Source of the DNA: a virus
Taxonomy: Duplodnaviria > Caudoviricetes
Length of the DNA stretch: 28,182 bases
Strand: one strand, 5' to 3'
Virus record (IMG/VR): IMGVR_UViG_3300028393_000277
Span: 1 to 28,182 of that record
Of the stretch, positions 16,301-25,300 are shown one piece after another; the first letter of the stretch is position 1, and every line of letters begins with the position of its first letter. The position numbers and the translations under genes are program-made. Below the pieces are notes generated by a model, which was given only the letters and a program-made list of their open reading frames with translations, had not been told where the DNA came from and did no database searches.

Positions 16301-19300
16301 CACTGCCGGAGCGGTGTCTAATGTTAATAATCCAGAATAGCTAGTGTAACCTTTACTGGTAGATTTTTTAGTTGATAGTTTATATTCACCTCGTAAAATA
16401 TCAATTCCAGTAACTCCGACTGTATCAGGATCTATACCAACTGGATAAAGTTTTATAGAAACAGATCCAATTTCTATTCGAGGACTCCACTTTAGTGCAA
16501 ACTGTACTCTCGAGCCGGTGCCATCAAGGTCTTCAGAAACTTTATTAAGATCACCACTAGTATAATAATTTCGTGTTATTCTATCAAACTTAATAGCAAT
16601 TTTGTTAGCTCTAACAACTTCACTTTCAATAATAGCAACTACTGTTGCAGCAGTGCCAGTTTCTGAAAGGCCGCCGTCAATAATAATCGTAGGTGCTTTA
16701 AGATACCCAGTACCACCGGATATTAAATCAATGCGATTAACTTTACCATTAGAAATATATGCTTTAGCTTGAGCTCCAGTACCAAATCCGCCTTCAATTT
16801 TAACTATAGGTCGAGTAATATAACCGCTGCCGCCATCAAATATTTCAATAGACTGGATGGTAAATCCTACATGATCATACCAATGTTTCCAAGGGTAAGC
16901 AAGTATACTATTCGACCCTGCTGCAATGCTGCCGTCAGTCTGCACCGTTACACTCATAGGAGTAACAGTTAAGTTATCGTTAACTAACGGAATTAAATCA
17001 AAGTCAGTTGTTGATTGTCTAGCATAATCTGTCTTGTTATAAGAACTAATATATTCTCTAATTTTTGTTCTATACGGTTTTACTTCGTTGATATAATCTT
17101 CAAAATTAGACAAGTTATCATTATTATAAGTAACTTTTTCTTTTAACTCTCCAACATTATGAGTTGCTTTTACAAAGCTAGTTTTAAATGCCCAATCAAC
17201 AAAAATTTGTTCATGTAGAACATAACGTAAACTTGCAAAGAATAATTTTAAATATTCTACTCGTAAATCATCAACTAATAATTTATCTTTAACAGTGTTA
17301 ATGATGATTCGTAATTCTGCTGCGGCAAAATTGTCATATAGAGAAGCATCAAACAGTTGATTATCAAATCCTACTGAAGAATTAACAAAGGTAAAGATGC
17401 TACTCGAAAACTGTATAGTTCCGTTCTGTCTACCTACAACTTTATAATTTTGTGTATAATCAATAGTTGTTAAATTATTATATTTCTCTAATAATAACCA
17501 ACCACCTGTTCCAATATTTTTTACCTTAACTATGCTGCCAATATTTGCAGACAACGTTACAAGATAATAGGTATTATCAACAAGATAGTCAATTTTTGTA
17601 AACTGTGTATATCCAGCGGCGTACCAGTCAGTGTAGTTCCAGAATTTTGTTACATCGTATGATTGGCTTCTTGCTCTATTCCATAGTTTATCTTTAGTAT
17701 CCCAAGAGTAGATGCTCCACTTGTTAAAAGAATTAGTATCACTTAGTACTAGAACAGAGTAAGATCTTACTGTTAAAATTGTATCATCAAAATAATTGCG
17801 ACCAGAGTTTTTTATACTTACTTTGATAATCCTGCCAGCAACATCTAGCACCGGTACAAGTACTGCTCCGTTACCGGAACTTGAAATTTTAATAAGCGGT
17901 GGATTTTTATAACCGTATCCTGCATTATCTATAATTACCTCTATTATAACTCCGTTTTCTGTTATAGCTCGTAATTTTGCATCAACTAAGGTTGCTGTTC
18001 CGACAAATTTTAGTTCAGTTTCAAAATCAATTGTACTATCCCATAGTCCAGAAACTGCTGTTGGTATTGGGTCTGATAACATTAGATCACTTATATCAAA
18101 ATCGTCAACAATTAAATGATCCATTAAAATAGAATTTACACGTTCTATATATTGTTTGAGTGCCTCTACTCTATTAACAAACATACCTTGTCGAGGTCTA
18201 AACTCAATGCCATATCTATTTTTTACTGGAAGATTGGTGTCAGGTATAACTCGATCGTTGCTGTCTTTACCAATTAAACTGTCTATCCATTTGTTTTCAA
18301 TATTTTTAGGTATTGTAGTGTTAACATGCTCGCTTATAATTTTCCATTGGCTGTGCATATTAATATCATGATTATCAATTACCCAAGTTTGAAAATTTAA
18401 CACTACATCAGTATCTTCTAATAAGTTATTAAAATTAACTAAACTAAAACTACTTGTGCCGGTAGGTGCAACACAAGTATATCCGTGGCCAATCGGGTCA
18501 GAAATTAAACTAGCAATGCTGCTAGCAGTAAGTGTTCTACCAGCAGCATTAGGTATTACTTTTTTATTCTTAACCCAGAAATAATATGTAGGGATTAATT
18601 TTTGCCCAACAGTGTCATATTTGTTTTTAACACTGTAGACGGTATCACCGTAAAGGCTTGTACCACTAATACCGGCTGTTAGGCCCTTAGTAGTATCTGC
18701 TAATTTGTCCCATTCACTTGGTAGATACTTAGTTTCAACCCACTCATAGATGTCAATACTTGCAGTCTTGTATAACTTATTCCAAGTAGTTGATCTATAT
18801 ACTACTTCCCCGCCCTGATTGTCTAAAAATTTTGCACGAGTTAAATTCCACCATAGCATTCCTACTTGAGAAGTAGTCCAATTTAATCCGCTATCAACAT
18901 TGACTGCATTAGTTCCAACAGAGTAAGTTGCCGGGTCAAAATATGTTTTGTATCGAATTTCTTGATCGGCTGGTCCAGGAATCTTACCTTGTATAGGGTC
19001 AACTACATCAAGATATGTTACAATCTTGTTAGTTATTTTATTATACAAATATGCTTTTTTAACATTAGAAATATTAGGTCTTAGCTGCTCATAAACTCTT
19101 AAAGACCAAGATTTTACTAACGACGATTTAATATATGAAAATGTTGTACCTGCAGAGCTGTTGAAATTGGGAGCTCCTACTAAAATTGTATTATCACCTG
19201 CGGTGATTGATGCTCCGTAACTGGACGCAGTTGAGGTAACACTTTCTCCGTATAAAAATTTAGCACCGTAAAGATCATAAATGTCTACACGGCTAACACC

Positions 19301-22300
19301 TATAGCAGATACTACTAATGTAGAATCATTATTTGCAAATTGCACATATGTCCCAAATTGGTCGCCGCTATTGTTAGTTATGCTTGAAATTGTTTGATAG
19401 GGTACACTGGTACTGCTAGTATTGTATATGTAGACATTACCAATATTACTACCAATAGCAATATACTTTGAAGATTGGGTTAACGAGATGCTTTCACCAA
19501 ATCTATCATCTGATGCAGTACCAGCGAGCGTGATTGGCGAGCCATAGTTGCCCATTGTTAACGTATATAATTTTACCTGGCCTTTATTCGAAACAGCACT
19601 TGGTACTGCTGCGGCAAATTTGTTACCTGTTTCAGATAGTGAAATATTTTTAACATTGGGTATTGACAAGGAAGCTGCATAACTAGTCCAACTACTAGTT
19701 CCAGTAGTTTGATAAAAATATACAGTATTAGCTGCCGATACTGCTAGTATGTAAGTATTGCCTGATTTAGCAAATACTAGTTTAGATCCAAACAAACTGG
19801 CGGCACCTGCACCTGTCTTAGTGTCAACTAGCGTGTAGCCAGTACCTAATGTTTTATAGTATAGAGATACATAACCTTGATTATTGTATCCGCTGCTACC
19901 AACGTTATCTGCAAATGGAGCTGCTATTGCTAGCCACATGCCGTCTGCAGATAATGCAGTTTCTGCACCAAATTCTTGATCTGCAATATCTGCAATTGTG
20001 GGATCTAATACTATTGATTGATTCTGAATCCAATTGTATGCCGGAGCTGCATCATACGTTGAAATTATATTTTTTCTATCTAAGATGATTACCTGATCTG
20101 CATCTGTTACAACAGCAGTTGTTCCAGTTTGAGATAGTGAAACTTTCTTTCCAAAATTTATTCCAGTAAGGTCAGGAATAGTAGCAACATCAATATTAAA
20201 AGAATTATATACTTTATTATTGTTGTATACTCCCCAAGTACCATTGCCAGAGTCTTTAGTCCATACTAATTCGTTGGACTTAATGCTAGTTGGCAAGTTA
20301 TCATTTACATCATCAATTGAATTAAACAAACAAGGAATGAATTGATATAACACTATTAGTGTAGGGTCTGCCAGCGGTTCCCATCCGGTTACTATTGTTC
20401 TAATAATAATATCATTAGAATCAACTGAGTGTACTGTGTAAAATCCGTCTTTAGGAATATTAAAATTTTTAATTCCTAGTATGTCACCTGCTTCTACTGT
20501 CGGAGCTGTATTGCAAGTAATAGTTAACTCACCAATTTTGCTAGTAGAATTATATGAATATGTTGCATCTGTTACAGTAAATGCACTTTGCGTAAATCTG
20601 TAGACATTCCATCTTTCTTTAAAACTGTTCAACATATTTTCAAATGCACACCATACATAGTCACCTTCAGTAAAAGTGCTAATGTCATTTTGTAACGCAT
20701 CAGTTAGTGTATCAACACTTAATAATACATCCTCATACCTAACAAATCCTGGAGTACGTAGATATTGTTTAGTACCTGTTACTGCCCATATATCGTTATT
20801 ATATCCTAACGGTTTAATATAGACATCTGATGGACGTTGTCTATAGACAAAATCTACAATAGTAGGGTCAATTGTTGATACTAGTTCAACGGGTTGTGGA
20901 TTAATTTTAAATTGGGATTCATCTAAGATAAATTCTGTTTCATCAAATGCTGCTACTGCTCCGTAATCGCCAACACGGACTGCCCATTCTTCGTCAAAAG
21001 TTAAACTTTCCATGCCGTCGGCGCTGAGTACATCGAACAATTTATTAAGCACATTCTGTGTACCTTTTTCAATAATCATTCCTTGATAAAATTTATATTG
21101 ACTTACATCGTCTTTAATAATATTTTCAAGATACTGACGTTTCTGGTATCCTATTAAATGCTGAGCAAATTTTTGTTGCTCAGCATCAAAGTTATCAGTA
21201 TCTAAATCATAAAAATCAGTAAATTGTTCAGATTTATAATCCCAGTTAGCAACCATCTTTGCAGTAGGTTTACTGGCGAGCATTGCCCAATCAGCGGCAT
21301 TAAATTCTTGCACTCCTGGAAGAGTTGATAATGCAGAATAATAAAATTCTTTGTATTTTACAATATCACCTAGCTTGTAATCAGTCCACATAGACCAATC
21401 ATTAATTCTAGCTTGATCAAAAATAAATCCAGGAATATTAAACCCCCCGTTCCAATTTTGACTAATGTACCCTATAACTTTAACACGGTCTTGACGGTAT
21501 CCTGGTTCAAGATCGTAAATTACATCATTAAACAATGTTCGATTATCTAAAATCAATACATGCTCTTTCTGTATCATATAAAATACTGCGCCATATATTC
21601 CGTGGGTAGTATTAGTAGGTGTTATTGAAAATTCACTAGTAGCATCGTTTCTATAGGTATTAGTAAATTCAGGTTCTAATTTTTGACCGTCTACTCTAAA
21701 TATTTTGTAACCAAAAAACGGATCTAATAAATCATTAACTATACTCTTAGTAGTTGTTAGTGTTATTTTATTTGAAGCAGGACTTAACGATAGAACTGCT
21801 CCAGCACCCCAGTTTTGAGTTGTCCAGAACATGAATTCTTTTACTGCGGTTTCCCAGTTGGTAATAGACTTTAATGTAGTATTAAAATCGTCAAATATAA
21901 ATCCTTGTTCTGACAAGTAAGAACCATACCCTTGCAGGAAATCAACTACTTCTTGTACTGTAGACAATTTTGTACCATACCCAAGAGTTAGTACTAATGT
22001 AGTATCCCAAGATTTTCTAATATCAGCATTACGGCCACCTGAGACTGGTAGTGCTGCAAGTCTAGAAAATAATGTATTATCAAATGTATCAGTTGCTGTA
22101 TGAGTAACATTTACTCTGTAATATCGATTACCGTAAAATACAATGCCGCCTGCTACATATCGTTTTCCTGCAGACCAAACTATATAGCTTTCAGAAATGC
22201 CGCCTACGGTGATAGTCCTAGCAGATTCTAACCATGGGTTATAATTAAAGTATGGCAGTTCATTATTGTATCCGCTTATTTCAAATCCGTCAGAATGTTT

Positions 22301-25300
22301 AGTAATAACCACACCACTGTAGGTTACTTTTTTAACTGCTGACGAGGTATTTAAGAAAACAGTATAATTTTCTTCAGGAATAAAAATGCTTCCAGTACTA
22401 GTTGGGTTCTTGCTATCTAATAGCAATTTAAATTTATTCTTTGCGGTGAATCCACCTAACTTAATTCCAAGATTATTAGTTAACGTGTCTAAATCAGTCT
22501 GATATTGTTTGATTAAAAAAGTTGTATCATTAGTTAGATAGTCAATAATATAATTAATTAACCCAGACGTTAATACTCTTGAAGTACTTGCTGCGGTAGA
22601 TGGTAGCACAATATCAGCAAGGCGAATACGTAGGCCACTAGTAGAGTATACTAGTTGACCGCTGAGGTTTCGCACAATTCGACTTCTATCCAAACAAGTA
22701 CCTAACACTTTATTAGGTTGCATTAATAATGCTGCTTGAATAATTGCAAAAGGATAATGTCCCGAACGTCTCCATGCTGACTCAACTGGGCCAACATCAC
22801 CAAATGCATAATATCCTTCAGCAGTTGGTTTGATTGGACCGCTAACAAAATTAGAGTTTAATGGGTCCTGTAACTCGCCTGTTTCAGTTACAGGAGTTCC
22901 TTTAGACAACACTGATTTTGCAAATTTTTCTAATCGTCTAATAGGTTTATTTGGCTCTCTAATTATTCCTTGACGAATATCATCCCACATGATTAAGTTA
23001 TTGCTAGTGTATGGCGCCGGACCATACACTTCTTGCCACCAATGAGGAGGTAAGCTAAATCCCAAACATTCCCATGGATGAGTATGCGGACGATCTGTAT
23101 CTAATAGCCAGCGGTATACACCTCTCCAGTATGCAGGAACAGGCGAACCATTAGATGCATAATTACCACGGTAATTAAAGGTAAATGGATTTAATCTGTC
23201 CCACCATTCAACATTTTGTTTGGTAAAATCTTGTCCAACATAGTTAGTCCATTGATAAAAGAAGGTACTTAATATAGTCTCGTATTCTTCTTTTGAATAC
23301 ATTGTTGCTCTGTCATATCCAGGAATGTAATCATAGATATTAAAAATGTCAGGGTTATATTGTACTTTAATATTGTTAAAGATACGTTTTTCTAATTCTA
23401 AAATTAAATCATCGCGGTAGTCGCCAAAGGCAATTGTTATACTACCGTCGTGGCCTTGTATAACTTCGGTTGGTTCTAAGTAAGTAGTATCTAAAAATTT
23501 AGAAGGAATAAATTTAGGGTATAAACCTAATTTAGTAGGAGTAGCCGGACAAAACGATCCGTCAGTACTTTCGTATTCTACCGCAGTAAGGATATCTCCC
23601 TCTGCTAGATCAGTTAATATTTCAAAGAATACATCTGTACCAAATGTATAATCACGTCCCTCTACAAGCTGAACATCATTGAGGTAAATGTTAACAGATT
23701 TGTTTGATAACACTGTTAAATTAAATGCTACCGTCAAAGGATATATTTTAGTGCGAGGATCTAATACTATATATTCAGATATATTTGATGCGGCATATCC
23801 ATACATATCTGATAGGTAATAAGGACGATTTGTTGATTTATCTTTTGCTAGGTCTGATAATACATAGTCAACATGTCGACGAGTATCTGTATCAATTCCC
23901 GAACTTGACGCTGCTACGATAAATGCTCGTTTAAATTTACTATAGTCATCTCGAGCTTGTTCAAGAGCTTTAAACACGTTAGCAGTTGTTGAGCCAAAAT
24001 GGTATAAACTTAGATTTACTGGGCCGGAATGTTGAATAAAACGTGTACCGTAAGGTGTAATATTCCCAATATCTCTTAGATTACTAGTTCCTGGATATGT
24101 GCCAACAAATGTATCAATGTTATCAATAATAGTATCAACGTGATCAATTACTTGACCTAATGTAAATTCTGATAAATTATTATTCAGTGGATTATTTTGC
24201 AGATTAACTGGAACTTCATAATATCCGTTATTATTTTTTTGTTGCGCTGAAAAACATTTTAGTGTAACTACATCAGTCAAAGAAACATTAGTTATTAACA
24301 CTACAGATTTTCTAACAACATTAGTAGAAATTGTATAGTTAGATTTTGCTAGACGTTTACCGTTAATATATACTCTGACTTCTAAATCATCTAGCTCATC
24401 TACATTAGAATATACATCGATAGGAAAATTATTAACTAGACCACTTTCTTTATAAATTCTTACAATAGGTTGTAAATTTGTGATTTGAGTTGTTTTCCAA
24501 CCATTAACATAATTAAAGGTGGTCAGTCCTAAAATTGATTTTAAGAACCCAACATCCGTAGCAGTAGTAATAATATCAACAACTTTCTTGTAGGTAAAAC
24601 TGTCTGCTATTAAATTAAACTCAAAACTAATATCGCCAATGTTGTTTATATTTTGATAGGCTAACGGGAATCCTAATTCGCTATCGGTAGTACCAGTACC
24701 CATCTTATACGAAAATAGTTTGTTACCCACAAATGTTGTTCCATCATATACTAATGCATTTCCGTAACTTATTCCAGTAGCATCAAATATATCAAATAAC
24801 GGTGGTTGATTAACTAGAGTTTTGGTCTGACCAATTTTCCATGTAGTGCCAGTATACCAATACATGGTTCCTTGATTTACTACCCCTGCTTCAACTAGTA
24901 CAGTTTCGTTTTCTAACGGAAGACTATCATCAGCCTCAACTAAATTAATTTGTCTACGTAAACCTGAAAAGACTTCTAATTTATGAACGTCTGAACCTGT
25001 AGCAAAAATATCTGCAACAACTGTTAAGTTCTTATCATTATATAATTGTATCTGTGTAGAATTAAGTACTTGAACATAATAGACTTTTCTGTTAGTCAAT
25101 CCAGAAATACTAGTATTTCCATTATTAAGATATAATACCTGATTCCCTGTTGTTAGGCCGTGGCCAATTGCATTTGTTAACAGATTAGTTTCTATAGTTA
25201 TAGTATTAGTCGTTGGATCAATTCCTGGCAAAGCATAGAATCCTATTTGGCGACCAGGTACTGTTACATTTATAAAATTGATATTAAAGATTCTGCCTTT

